From a virus (taxonomy: Duplodnaviria; Caudoviricetes): 64,000 bases of DNA. The stretch lies in IMG/VR virus record IMGVR_UViG_2731957577_000001, positions 1-64,000 of that record, one strand, 5' to 3'. Positions 39,001 to 47,131 of this stretch are shown piece after piece. Under the pieces are notes generated by a model. The model did not search any database, had not been told where the DNA came from, and saw only the letters and a list, made by a program, of their open reading frames with translations. The position numbers and the translations under genes were made by a program. Positions within the stretch are counted from its first letter, which is position 1. Every line of letters starts with the position of its first letter.

Positions 39001-41544
39001 CAGAATGGTCAATCTGGATGGTACAATCCCGATCATGTGAACCTGACGGATTATGCGTTCTCCTTCAAGGTGCAGACCCGTGCGGGTGATGATGACGTGA
39101 TTGGCGCCTTGTTCCGCTTCGACCCCGATACGTTGAATTTCTACTCGTTTGAGTGGGATGCGGAAGCGCCAGAAACGCATTGGATCTTGCCCACAAAAGG
39201 GATGTATGTCTTCCGCAACATTTGCCTGAACCCGCAAGACTACGGGAAAGATAAATTGGTCTACGAGCGAGAGCAATTGGGGTACTTTAATCAAGCATGG
39301 GAACCTGGTCAGCACATTGTGCATGAGGTCCTCATCCAGGTATTTGGATCCACGATCATTGTCACGGTGGATGGAGAAGAAAAGATCCACGTCACCGATC
39401 CGGATTCGACAAAAGTGTTGACCAAAGGCGCATGGGGACCGCTGACGCAGTCGCAGCCCGAATCGCACTTTTGGGATTTCTTGTTCACCACCTATCAGCA
39501 GGTAGTCTTCAGCCATCACATTCAAAACTCAGTTCCCGTCCCCGTGTCAGATACCAACCGGACTGCAACATTACAGGTGATCGATCATACGGTTCGGGAA
39601 GAGTTCCAAGAAGACATCAATGAGCTTCTGGACAACAACGTGGGAGTGGATGAAGCCGATCTGATTGTCAGCTATCAGATTGTAGACGACCACAGCGATG
39701 TCGCCAGCGTGTATTTCGATGATCCGGCCCAGCCGACGACAAATATGCCGACTTCGACTTCAGACCAAAACGCATCCGTCTACGCCAAGATTCTCACCAA
39801 ACCGCAGACGGCGCCAGAGGTGCCAGACTATGGCGAAACGCGTCATACCACCCTGGACTACCCGCCGCCGGACGTGCCATCGGATGTGTATGTACCGAAT
39901 CAGCCAGAACCCTACATTCCGGACATGGTCCCGCCGCCGACCACCGATATGTCGGACGGCTTTGCGGTGAGCTGGCGCGGGCGGATCTATGCCCCCGTCA
40001 GTGGCGTGTACACATTCTATGCGACCGTCGATGATGGATTCCGTCTCTGGATCGATAACCGTCTCATCATCGACGCTTGGAAGGACAATCCCGGTGGCGT
40101 GACCTACACCGGCTCCATCGAACTGGAAGGTGGGAAGTGGTACACATTCTCCGCGAACTATTTCGAGGATACGGATCGGGCGATGGTTCGGCTGGAGTGG
40201 GAGTATCCAGGATCCCCAAGGCAAGTGATTGGTCCGGATTACTTCGTGCCGTATCTGGGCTACACCGTGATGGCACAGGTGCGTGAAGCCACGCCGCTGC
40301 CCTGGAGCCCGATGATTCATAACGGGTATTACTACTTCCAGGACAAAGAGTTTTACCTGTATGCCAACAAGGTGCATATCGTAACCACACCCGTGGACAA
40401 CACGGTCTTGTTACAGCCAAGACCCCAACAAGGTTCGCCCCTCATCGTTCGAGACAACGAGGGCAACATTCTCCGCAAGGTCACATTCTTTGATGACGAC
40501 TGGAATCTGACCCTTGAATATACGGACGAGATGACAGGGAATGGCGGCGCGCGGTACTTCCTGGCTTATCGAGACATCGATCCCAACACGCTCAAGGTGT
40601 ATGTGAACGGGGAACTTCTTGGGCCATCCCAATATGTTTTTGATCCCAAGAAATCTGTAGTGGAGTTCATGAAAAACCTCGGCTTCTCTGATATAATCGT
40701 CCTGAAGTACAAGCTGTTGTACAGCTACATGGTCGATTACAACTACGATGTCGAGAACGACGTCGCCAAGCTCACCCTGCATGATGCCTATGATCCAGCG
40801 CTCATGCGGGATATGGAGATCATTTATGAAGGCGCGACCGACACGCCGTTCTACCGGGCTTCCGATGAAGTGTCTTTCAACCCGATCCTGAATCACAATC
40901 ATCGAGGGTTCTTGTACATCACGAACAAGCTCGATGAGACGGCCAAGAGCATTGAACTGACGGTCTCTCCCGACAAACTTCCGGCCAGCGGAACCGGGAA
41001 GTGTCTCGTCACCGTCAAAGTTCTCGACAAGTACAACAACCCCATTCAGAGAAAAGACGTTCAGATCTTCCGAGATGGCGAGCTGGTCTTTAGCGGCAAG
41101 ACGAACCGCGCCGGTGAGGTCTATCTGTATGAACAGCCCGCGCCGACTCCCATTGGGGTATCCCAGTACCAGGCGGTATGTGATGGCCTCTACAATGTCG
41201 CTCTGCTGAATTTCTATCAGCCCAATGTGGCCAAACGGTACTTTGTCGAACTGAAAGCCTCGAAAGCCGCGATCCAAGCGGGTGTGGACGATACCGTCAC
41301 GATTACGGCCACGGTTCGGGATGAAAACTGGATGTCAGTTCCTGGCGTGAAACTGACGGTGACGTATAAAGACACCCTCGGCCGGACCCGCACCGTCATG
41401 CCGATCACCGATGCGTTTGGTCAAACGACCATCACCATTTCGGGTGAGGATCTCGCGCCTGGAGCGTTCCCCGTATACGCCATTTATGACATGGGTGTGG
41501 AAGAAGCCAGCAACTTCATTTTCATCAAGGTGATCGGGGGCTGA
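33070..41544 (+). CDS. Giant (2824 aa) adhesin-like virion protein: Ig-like repeats, two thrombospondin-C-like lectin domains, split PA14, C-terminal Big-like domains
   Basis: Ig-like units at about aa 200-560; DDDIIGVIF (35569) and DDDVIGALF (39088); PA14 FAVSWRGRI..VDDGFRLWID..RLEW. Confidence 0.75.
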   Translation: MAFVTFDYKLQALIQPILTRYFNYQIWANCTIDNNGSTQTVTELVYTGRGCVTSLNDSLNSANTLDEHTVEYLATTGVNQLRDQYAGMTVTVDSYTIVSTDPRVSVICPPDGSAQPLAWCSDLVQDEVEVETTWIQGPTIDTSLYNSPDQMMPLLETNIKVHLARFATAPLPDNYNIISLLATSDNEAVVMELQDDNLFVFAQDAGDFPPELVVDEDTVTLVQGMTGTLNIQMLVGGESVDRMDELQVYINDPSIVSLVSVDDNGVVLQGTNVGTTTVSLSFLTSNVIVTVQVVAPQGQLDFSKSVQTSYVGDPTEIHFHATYENGSRFDIASSILALVDGDAEIQKIDESTYAVTPHASGILTMSISVTGATGDPINATIKMPVKDKQLNRFFITPRELQVVKGQPFTVTANYDVPDPEMTVDESLITWTASDESGPIGLEVQSGRSITLTPQNTGELTIQARLYNGADSVVATVYGETEPFITVSAESVLLKPNDTVTLFAQVVNGQNQPIDWSVEDNGLIKVLNQSDNSIEIQGLIDGTAVIHARALGMQKDITISVSSVEFQASDDPDPIQMDPGDQNTYYFPTEDAPEQWGDPGTPSSYVDGGGILTEIYGNGSGTEDPTYAFYSGIGDNDDLFVKKPQFENTVQKFNYAARMRGKKKHSVMIYPEIDFQYSIQYKGDFFTDYNESPFKFEVDAYPQRDFHFTINETRKLQSLRDYSVKMTIGGTVPKKTLQYAVEWTGAYEISNTIDIRALFDKNSGEGHFVGAGKDTWELLSNGHVVDHSNQSRFSGSIARNTQYFNPTWAYNDFEVHFTPVIDLVTDYHAPLWGNDDDIIGVIFKAQNDWKNFYCFMWERDERVQYSWRAGNNLDGLPLGFTDSEWEAHCVTEKYQDPWSNYVHNLGWGDRHYRVYRCKNGKFYRVNTPDLSNGDGWVYEKSNGIRIHADGNHIQIYILPSGASNWRKVFEFDTEYETGSFGLFNISQAVEFTSCTITRWQPISGRVPDSPNWDSWDGIGTKTLASSGSDYVDADVKKAAGGKPYEILSVKGVVKDSSAGKIDASLNGAVTITTTNPPDAGKSVDTEFIKQGTVTITPDNTSESTAVVVFSDPSTLFTDEIKQFKENNPTLVNVTPTYTLEEPTSSDEEFSFDGKTLKMWKSDPPTETSSKDFTCSVYAYEGWKTAATLTSFEGGPWATYTVTMNEADFNPDYDQVRWHIAGDIKNPAKDNDYLEIKTTEWYHGIWPADVKNEGTVNSEQRLYIDIPPMPEHYVEPHTGEVMYHGYDKVDFLLTKDPVGKDAVWMYFKSNPNITTRNAASLCPINPINGYPVIKTNLINDQVVVVCDPDPRYIPWISGKYIGYGKVNGKRPFFSDNTGKADMINVPTDVVYLPPNLVNIQGPFVEVDDPRVQVSVNPDKTVNFSSDYMDAYVWYTDWYTDWVNDPNNYFATLDQPTEITDPVYIDPTLAPDYDENVIIDHVEVTSNNPFVATWVNPAPTDTHGLLGTYYKMPNRIDPTREKFQVTGDYRLRQQVFTVNEPVDEYREPGTPVSEAFLPGIAPIVGTVPDRQVVDVTTIFVPAGQPVLKILGAFFGPSGDHYPDLQVTAPNGEQFGIAANNGTWSQTAISITQFANGTSIKSCSQYSFAGENDLYDLMTFTNPMTGVWKIQVYNGGIESSEYTVTTNIGTLLQNAFTLQHVPDAWNVKVKVNGTPIPGFTVDGSTVTITDPLNKDDVVEIDYTTGGLQVDALPMQSEFEFQDSPPFTIVSVQRNGVDIPEDPTNGYTVQDDKFYLHGSALTPGDVVVQYAMGSVNNVFTLANPVGEGVEVYLNGVKLDPSQYTVSGTTLVIQKSLLHLNDWVHIQSYQLLPGFDTSKNNYLGEFQFSRIDPAINFDWGYSSPFAEETSPVQASEFTIEEVIPDTADFDFILDATVVYPTNSPISIDNFTGTWVEFDTDPTSKGNWHGPPEDGYTDVTNLENQNGQSGWYNPDHVNLTDYAFSFKVQTRAGDDDVIGALFRFDPDTLNFYSFEWDAEAPETHWILPTKGMYVFRNICLNPQDYGKDKLVYEREQLGYFNQAWEPGQHIVHEVLIQVFGSTIIVTVDGEEKIHVTDPDSTKVLTKGAWGPLTQSQPESHFWDFLFTTYQQVVFSHHIQNSVPVPVSDTNRTATLQVIDHTVREEFQEDINELLDNNVGVDEADLIVSYQIVDDHSDVASVYFDDPAQPTTNMPTSTSDQNASVYAKILTKPQTAPEVPDYGETRHTTLDYPPPDVPSDVYVPNQPEPYIPDMVPPPTTDMSDGFAVSWRGRIYAPVSGVYTFYATVDDGFRLWIDNRLIIDAWKDNPGGVTYTGSIELEGGKWYTFSANYFEDTDRAMVRLEWEYPGSPRQVIGPDYFVPYLGYTVMAQVREATPLPWSPMIHNGYYYFQDKEFYLYANKVHIVTTPVDNTVLLQPRPQQGSPLIVRDNEGNILRKVTFFDDDWNLTLEYTDEMTGNGGARYFLAYRDIDPNTLKVYVNGELLGPSQYVFDPKKSVVEFMKNLGFSDIIVLKYKLLYSYMVDYNYDVENDVAKLTLHDAYDPALMRDMEIIYEGATDTPFYRASDEVSFNPILNHNHRGFLYITNKLDETAKSIELTVSPDKLPASGTGKCLVTVKVLDKYNNPIQRKDVQIFRDGELVFSGKTNRAGEVYLYEQPAPTPIGVSQYQAVCDGLYNVALLNFYQPNVAKRYFVELKASKAAIQAGVDDTVTITATVRDENWMSVPGVKLTVTYKDTLGRTRTVMPITDAFGQTTITISGEDLAPGAFPVYAIYDMGVEEASNFIFIKVIGG

Positions 41545-41557
41545 GGCCCCCGTTTTT
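41536..41557 (+). terminator. Intrinsic terminator overlapping the stop codon
   Basis: GGGGGC-TGAG-GCCCCC-GTTTTT. Confidence 0.65.
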
Positions 41558-41579
41558 GATCGATAGGAGGATGACCCAC

Positions 41580-41894
41580 ATGCCGCGGCCTTATGTCGTG
41601 GGTTGGTACTACGCATTTAAGACCCTGTATGACTGGAAGAAGAAACATGGATGGCGGGTTACACGGCGCCGAATGAAGCTGTGGAAACAGATGCTCCGGA
41701 AGAAATACTTCTGGAGGACTCCAAAAGAGCGGGCCGAAGAGATGCGAAAGTTTCTGGATGGGATTCGTGAAATGGGAAGGACCGTTCATGAAGAACTCCA
41801 TGTCGCCCGAGGGATCTCGGTGCCCTCTTGTGGATGGTGTAACCCGCGCGCCGGGGAAGAGGACGATGAGGAAGACTTGGAGGTGAGCTCATGA
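41580..41894 (+). CDS. Small basic Trp/Arg-rich protein with putative His/Cys zinc site and acidic tail
   Basis: GGAGG RBS at 41566-41570; HEELH..SCGWC; EEDDEEDLE tail; ATGA overlap with next gene. Confidence 0.55.
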   Translation: MPRPYVVGWYYAFKTLYDWKKKHGWRVTRRRMKLWKQMLRKKYFWRTPKERAEEMRKFLDGIREMGRTVHEELHVARGISVPSCGWCNPRAGEEDDEEDLEVSS

Positions 41895-44800
41895 TCTCAT
41901 ACTCTTGCCGAGTCAGTTGTGTCATCTCCGTGCCCAAGCAAGAACTGCTGGCACACGCCTTCAATTTGGAGTTAGATGATCAATCCATCGCGGAGACGCG
42001 AGATAGCGAAGACGTCGCTGACCTGCTCTTTGAAGGAAAGACGCTGCAGGATTTGTTTGAGCCGATGATTCAGGATTATGCGCAGCAATACGGATTGCAA
42101 CGCTCGGACATTGTGGTCACCAAGTATCTGGCCGTATCCGGCAATAAAGACGTTATGGTGGCCTTCAAAGGCGCCAGCGGCACCGATCTATTCGAGACCC
42201 AAGATGACTCCAAGGTTGTCATCGCATATTACCGGCCCAGCGCGAATCTCGGCTATGGGCTGGAGTTACATGAGTACCTCAGCCAACTTCCCAACAACAA
42301 ATATGCCTTGCGGGTCGGTAATCAAGTCCCAAACGGCGATGTGAACCTGGCCTATGTCTACACGCCGGATCTGGATTCGGACGCGAATGTGGCCTTGATT
42401 GATACGTCCTCGGTCTCCGACAACGTGATTCCGTTGGATCAGATGGAATCCATCGTCGTCCCTGATTCGACCGGGAAGCTGCAGTATGCATCGATTGTGT
42501 CCGAGAATGAACCGGTTGTTGTGCGGCCGCCATATGACATGTTTCCCTCCAAAGACTTTGTCCTGACTCGCCGGTTTGCGAACCATACCAAGTCCGTGGA
42601 CAATGCGTTGTTCTACAAATTCGAACTCAAATACCACTACGACAGCAAAACCGGCACACCTGGGCAGGTGACTCGATATACGGGTAGCGAGATTCAGATC
42701 ACCGATGAGAACGGGAATCCTCTCGGTGACGGGTTCAACTACCTGATTTACGCGCGCTGCATGGAAGGGAACCCGCATATTTACTGGGTCAAAATCTACA
42801 CGGCGTTCAACACGAATGAAGAGCAGACCTTCAAGGTTCTGTACAACCACGTGGATCAGGTCCTGCCCGATGACCAACTGACCACGACCCGCCAATCCGT
42901 GTTGTATTCCAACCAGCAGGGGAAGGCAATTCAAGGTGGCAAGCTGCGGATCATCAATGGCATGAGCGCCTATGAAGAAACGACAATGGATACGGTGAAA
43001 TCGGCCGATGAGACCCAAGAGGTCTATGCCATTGACGATCAGCCCCAGTACGATGGCTATCGGATCTATGTTCCGCAAAAATCGGAGTCCGATCCGCGCG
43101 GGCCCCAGATCTTCAGCTACAAACTGTCGGCTACTTATACCACGGCGGAGGGGACGGAGGAAACCTTCACCCTTGGCTGGATCACCGACTGGGTCCTCAA
43201 CCCAGAGGCTTTGCTGGAACATGAGAAGCCCGTGTTTGATGGGCAGTGGAAGAACATCGGGATCCAGGATGGTTCCAGTTTCTTGTCTGCCCAAAGTCTC
43301 ATTGGGATGGTTCTTCCGCATGGCATCGATCGATTGCCGTCCAATGCGGTTTATAAGATCGAAGACGCCGCGGGAAATCTTTTGTATACCACCGAGACGG
43401 CGCCGGATAACCCGAATGTTCAAACGGACGTGGACTCCTCCGGAGACAATCCGCCGCGCGCGTCCTATACGGGAACCCCCAAGTCCCCGTGGACCGAAGG
43501 CGATGATCCGAATACACGTCTGAAAAGTAATCCCATTCCGCATCAATGCACGGTATTTGCAGAGCATCAGCGACAAGAACTGGACTTTACCTGGCAAGCC
43601 AGTGGGACGGGCCTTCTCACCAAAACCAGCTTGTTTGAATCGCAATGGCAGGCGGTCGCACGACTCGAGGTCGTCAATGAGACCACGGAGAAAATGATCA
43701 AGGTCTTTGATGACTGGGATTATCTTGGCCCCAACTCCGGTATGAAGCGGTCTGACTGGAAATACGATGCCTCGAAAGATCAGTTGTACTGCACGTCCGA
43801 TGCCGTGGATATCGGGGCGTTTTACGAGAATACCAGTGACGCCAAAAAGCTATCGAACTACGTATGGTCCGCTACGGTGACGGTCAACGACCCTGGGGAT
43901 GATGATGTCATCGGCCTGATCTTCCGACTCAAGGACGCGAACCATTACTATATGTTCGCGTGGGAAAAGCAGACCATGAACACCTCGTCCTATAAGTATC
44001 CCGATGGGTCAACCAACCCCGTGGGGCGCATTTTGGTTTCCAGTAAGGGCGTTTCCCAGCTTATCTATGACTCGAAAGGCGCGAGCCACTCTCCGTATCT
44101 GACGACTAAGAGCTGGAGCGACTACATGAATGGATACGCCGGTGAGTCCTTTGGCTCGAAAAAAAAGCGCATTTTCAAGGCAAAGCCGGCGAGCGGGTCA
44201 AAATACAGCGCAGATAAAACCGGGAACAGCTATGTGGATGTGACCATTTACGACAGTACCTACAAAGGAACGGGGTGGGAGAAGAACACGAAATACCAGA
44301 TCGAAGTTCACTGCATCGGCGATTTTTTCAAGGTCTACATTAACGGTTCGTTGGTCCTGACCGCCCGGGACGCCGATTACGATGCGGGTACCTATGGGGT
44401 CATGGACATCTCCCAAAAAAGTGTGTACTGGTCGAGCCTAAAACTCACCCTGATTGATACGGACGTGGTGGTGTCCGAAGCCTTCCCGGTATCCTTGCCA
44501 TCGAATGCCCAGTACAAGCTCTCGACGCAACCCGTGTCTGCGATTATGGCCCCATATATCCAAACCTTTATGAAGCAGAACTATGGGTCGGAGACCTATC
44601 CGTACGATATTCTGGGCTATTCCGTGAACCCCGGACAGGATCTCATTTGCACCATTAAGAGCGATGGCTACGTGTATGGATATACCAACAGCCCCAAAGC
44701 GGCTGGTTCTGTCACGGTACCCTGGAGCACATCTGACAATGGACTTGACGTCGAGGGAACCGGTAAGGCGTTCTTCCAGCCGGACGGGACGTTCCGGTAC

Positions 44801-47008
44801 GTGCTGGAACCCGCTGTCTTGCCCGTGGACTTTGTGCCGAAGAATGTCGTGAACTTCCAGTGGACCCGGATCTGGATTACAGGTGGAGACAACGTGGCGT
44901 TATCCATTGGCCCCGATAACGAAGTGATTGCAAACGCGAGCCCACCACCGATTGAACCCATCGGCCGGCCGTACACCCTGACGGATCAGATTCTCAAGAA
45001 CGATGGCATCAAGACGTTGGCCAATGTCTTTGGTGACGGTGGAATCTACGAGCAGCTTGCGATCCCAAAAGATATTCCACAGAATGAGATTCTTCTGCGG
45101 ATCGAGCGAGGGGATGCAAACGGAAACAATAAAGAGTTCCGTGTCAACTACCGCTTCATGAGTACCCTCGATAGTACACGACGCTTTTGCATCGACCAAG
45201 CCAGCCACGGCGTCAACCGAATGAATGTTGGGTATGTGCTCTCCCAACTGGGCGACAATCCCCAAGTGGATCTCGTGGCCTGGACGACGTTTGAGGATCT
45301 CGAGGCGGTTCCGATCCTCGCCATTCAGCTCACGGACAACAAGAAGATTGAAACGGAAAAGCCAAGGGTCGAAAAGGCGTCGATGGAGATTTCGAACTGG
45401 TATCTGCGGATCAAAAACGGCCGAGTCAAACGAAGGATTCTGCTTCCGTACTATGAGGCCGAAGAGCGTGTGCCTCAGATCTACGTCTCGTATCCGCAAC
45501 TGATGGCCTATGCGCCAAAGGATCCGTCCGATACCGTCGAAGTGATTCTGGACTACACGATCCCGGAATACACAAATCAGGACTTCTACGACCGGCCCGT
45601 GATGTTTGTCGAGAATGAGCGGCCGCTCATCATCGATGAGACGACGATTCAAACCCGCTATGCACCGATTGTCCTGAGTTCCGAGACCGGGATCAGCTAT
45701 CTTGAGGTCGAAGCGCTCCACATGAACTACGGACGCATCCTACGGATTTCCGACGTCGACGCAGAGAAGGGAATCATCTATCTGTATGACCGGATCCGGG
45801 ATAATGATGATGTCGTCGTGCGCTATGCCTATCGGGAGGAATGGTACACCTACCGCGGATTTGAGCGTCAGAATCCGTCCACGGGCGACACGGTATTGTT
45901 CCACCTGGATCTGAATCCAAGCCCAGGACACCGCATTACCTTGGCGCAGGACGGATTTCACGAGTGGATTCCAGGAGACGTCCCGTTGCGGGAAGTCTAC
46001 ACAGAGCAAGAGCGCGAGAGCAATCAGATGCTGGTGCGGCAGATTCATGTGTACCTGCGGCCGACGGCCATCTGGCTCCCGGGCGCCAGCTCACCGATTG
46101 AAGGTACAACGAGGACGCAAGCGGTCTTCCATACCACTGAGGCCAACTGGTTCGATCCAAACGACTATCTGTATGACCCGACCATGCTGCGTTTGGCGAA
46201 AGTATCCGTACAGGCCAACTCGCGGATCGACAAGGACATGATCGTTCTCGATACGCGTTCCCGTGGCGGTGGACTCGACGAGGCTCTCTCCAACGACATC
46301 ATCGCTGCCGTCAACAAAGAGTCACTGTATCACTGGGACATCGGATTCTTTGATGGGGAGGCGTATCAGGAAAATGGCGTCATGATTATCCGGTTGCCGC
46401 GTTCGATTCTCAAGACCGAATCGAACCCAAACGGGTTTACCGAGTCTCAAGTACAGGCGGTCGTTGCAAAACACAAGGCTTTCGGTGTGCTTCCGATTAT
46501 CGAGTTCTACAGTGACGCCGAAAACGATCTGAACGTGATTGGAAATCCTGAATTCTCCTATGGGGAACATGTAGACCAGTACAACAAAGACCTAAGTTAT
46601 GGCGTTTACCAGATTGAGCAATCCAGTGATGACGTGACATCTAACTGGGTGTTACGGATTATTGACGACGCTCGTTACGGAGTTTCCATTCCAGGGTACC
46701 GCCTTACCTATAGCACATACGACATCATCGTCCGCGCGCGCTTGGACAATGGTGCCCAACCTCGAAAGGCCGGCGTGCTGCAGATCACAAAGACGGATGG
46801 GTCCACCGAAACGGTGCTGATGCCAACCGTCAACAGCACGTCGTGGGACTCGTATGTCACAGTCATTCCGATCGATCAAGCCATCGATCGAGTGGACCTG
46901 ATCCTCGGTGGAGGTCAGGATGTCACCGAAGACCTCTTGATTGACTCCATTCGCGTCGAACCCGTGTACAACGTAGACGAGACCCAAATGGAGGTTCATG
47001 ATGTGTAG
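41891..47008 (+). CDS. Large (1705 aa) virion structural protein with thrombospondin-C-like lectin domain
   Basis: DDDVIGLIF..YYMFAW..GTYG (from 43898); LDTRSRGGGL C-terminal region. Confidence 0.7.
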   Translation: MISYSCRVSCVISVPKQELLAHAFNLELDDQSIAETRDSEDVADLLFEGKTLQDLFEPMIQDYAQQYGLQRSDIVVTKYLAVSGNKDVMVAFKGASGTDLFETQDDSKVVIAYYRPSANLGYGLELHEYLSQLPNNKYALRVGNQVPNGDVNLAYVYTPDLDSDANVALIDTSSVSDNVIPLDQMESIVVPDSTGKLQYASIVSENEPVVVRPPYDMFPSKDFVLTRRFANHTKSVDNALFYKFELKYHYDSKTGTPGQVTRYTGSEIQITDENGNPLGDGFNYLIYARCMEGNPHIYWVKIYTAFNTNEEQTFKVLYNHVDQVLPDDQLTTTRQSVLYSNQQGKAIQGGKLRIINGMSAYEETTMDTVKSADETQEVYAIDDQPQYDGYRIYVPQKSESDPRGPQIFSYKLSATYTTAEGTEETFTLGWITDWVLNPEALLEHEKPVFDGQWKNIGIQDGSSFLSAQSLIGMVLPHGIDRLPSNAVYKIEDAAGNLLYTTETAPDNPNVQTDVDSSGDNPPRASYTGTPKSPWTEGDDPNTRLKSNPIPHQCTVFAEHQRQELDFTWQASGTGLLTKTSLFESQWQAVARLEVVNETTEKMIKVFDDWDYLGPNSGMKRSDWKYDASKDQLYCTSDAVDIGAFYENTSDAKKLSNYVWSATVTVNDPGDDDVIGLIFRLKDANHYYMFAWEKQTMNTSSYKYPDGSTNPVGRILVSSKGVSQLIYDSKGASHSPYLTTKSWSDYMNGYAGESFGSKKKRIFKAKPASGSKYSADKTGNSYVDVTIYDSTYKGTGWEKNTKYQIEVHCIGDFFKVYINGSLVLTARDADYDAGTYGVMDISQKSVYWSSLKLTLIDTDVVVSEAFPVSLPSNAQYKLSTQPVSAIMAPYIQTFMKQNYGSETYPYDILGYSVNPGQDLICTIKSDGYVYGYTNSPKAAGSVTVPWSTSDNGLDVEGTGKAFFQPDGTFRYVLEPAVLPVDFVPKNVVNFQWTRIWITGGDNVALSIGPDNEVIANASPPPIEPIGRPYTLTDQILKNDGIKTLANVFGDGGIYEQLAIPKDIPQNEILLRIERGDANGNNKEFRVNYRFMSTLDSTRRFCIDQASHGVNRMNVGYVLSQLGDNPQVDLVAWTTFEDLEAVPILAIQLTDNKKIETEKPRVEKASMEISNWYLRIKNGRVKRRILLPYYEAEERVPQIYVSYPQLMAYAPKDPSDTVEVILDYTIPEYTNQDFYDRPVMFVENERPLIIDETTIQTRYAPIVLSSETGISYLEVEALHMNYGRILRISDVDAEKGIIYLYDRIRDNDDVVVRYAYREEWYTYRGFERQNPSTGDTVLFHLDLNPSPGHRITLAQDGFHEWIPGDVPLREVYTEQERESNQMLVRQIHVYLRPTAIWLPGASSPIEGTTRTQAVFHTTEANWFDPNDYLYDPTMLRLAKVSVQANSRIDKDMIVLDTRSRGGGLDEALSNDIIAAVNKESLYHWDIGFFDGEAYQENGVMIIRLPRSILKTESNPNGFTESQVQAVVAKHKAFGVLPIIEFYSDAENDLNVIGNPEFSYGEHVDQYNKDLSYGVYQIEQSSDDVTSNWVLRIIDDARYGVSIPGYRLTYSTYDIIVRARLDNGAQPRKAGVLQITKTDGSTETVLMPTVNSTSWDSYVTVIPIDQAIDRVDLILGGGQDVTEDLLIDSIRVEPVYNVDETQMEVHDV

Positions 47009-47017
47009 TTATTTATG

Positions 47018-47031
47018 TGTAATGCTTTTCA
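47018..47031. promoter_or_regulatory. Palindromic operator-like site 2
   Basis: TGTAATGCTTTTCA directly upstream of extended -10-like TGaTAGAAT (47032-47040). Confidence 0.5.
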
Positions 47032-47041
47032 TGATAGAATA

Positions 47042-47076
47042 GGCTCATGTCGAGACTGGCATGAGCCATTTTGTTT
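47042..47076 (+). terminator. Intrinsic terminator-like hairpin
   Basis: GGCTCATG...CATGAGCC followed by ATTTTGTTT. Confidence 0.6.
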
Positions 47077-47131
47077 CCATCGAGAACTCGGAATCTATAG
47101 ACCCCTGAATTCGTATAAGGAGGTGTAACCG

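Noticed and set aside
42266-43645. 459-aa minus-strand ORF and the many other reverse or alternate-frame ORFs
   Set aside because: Fully overlap long + strand genes; expected from codon bias at this GC content
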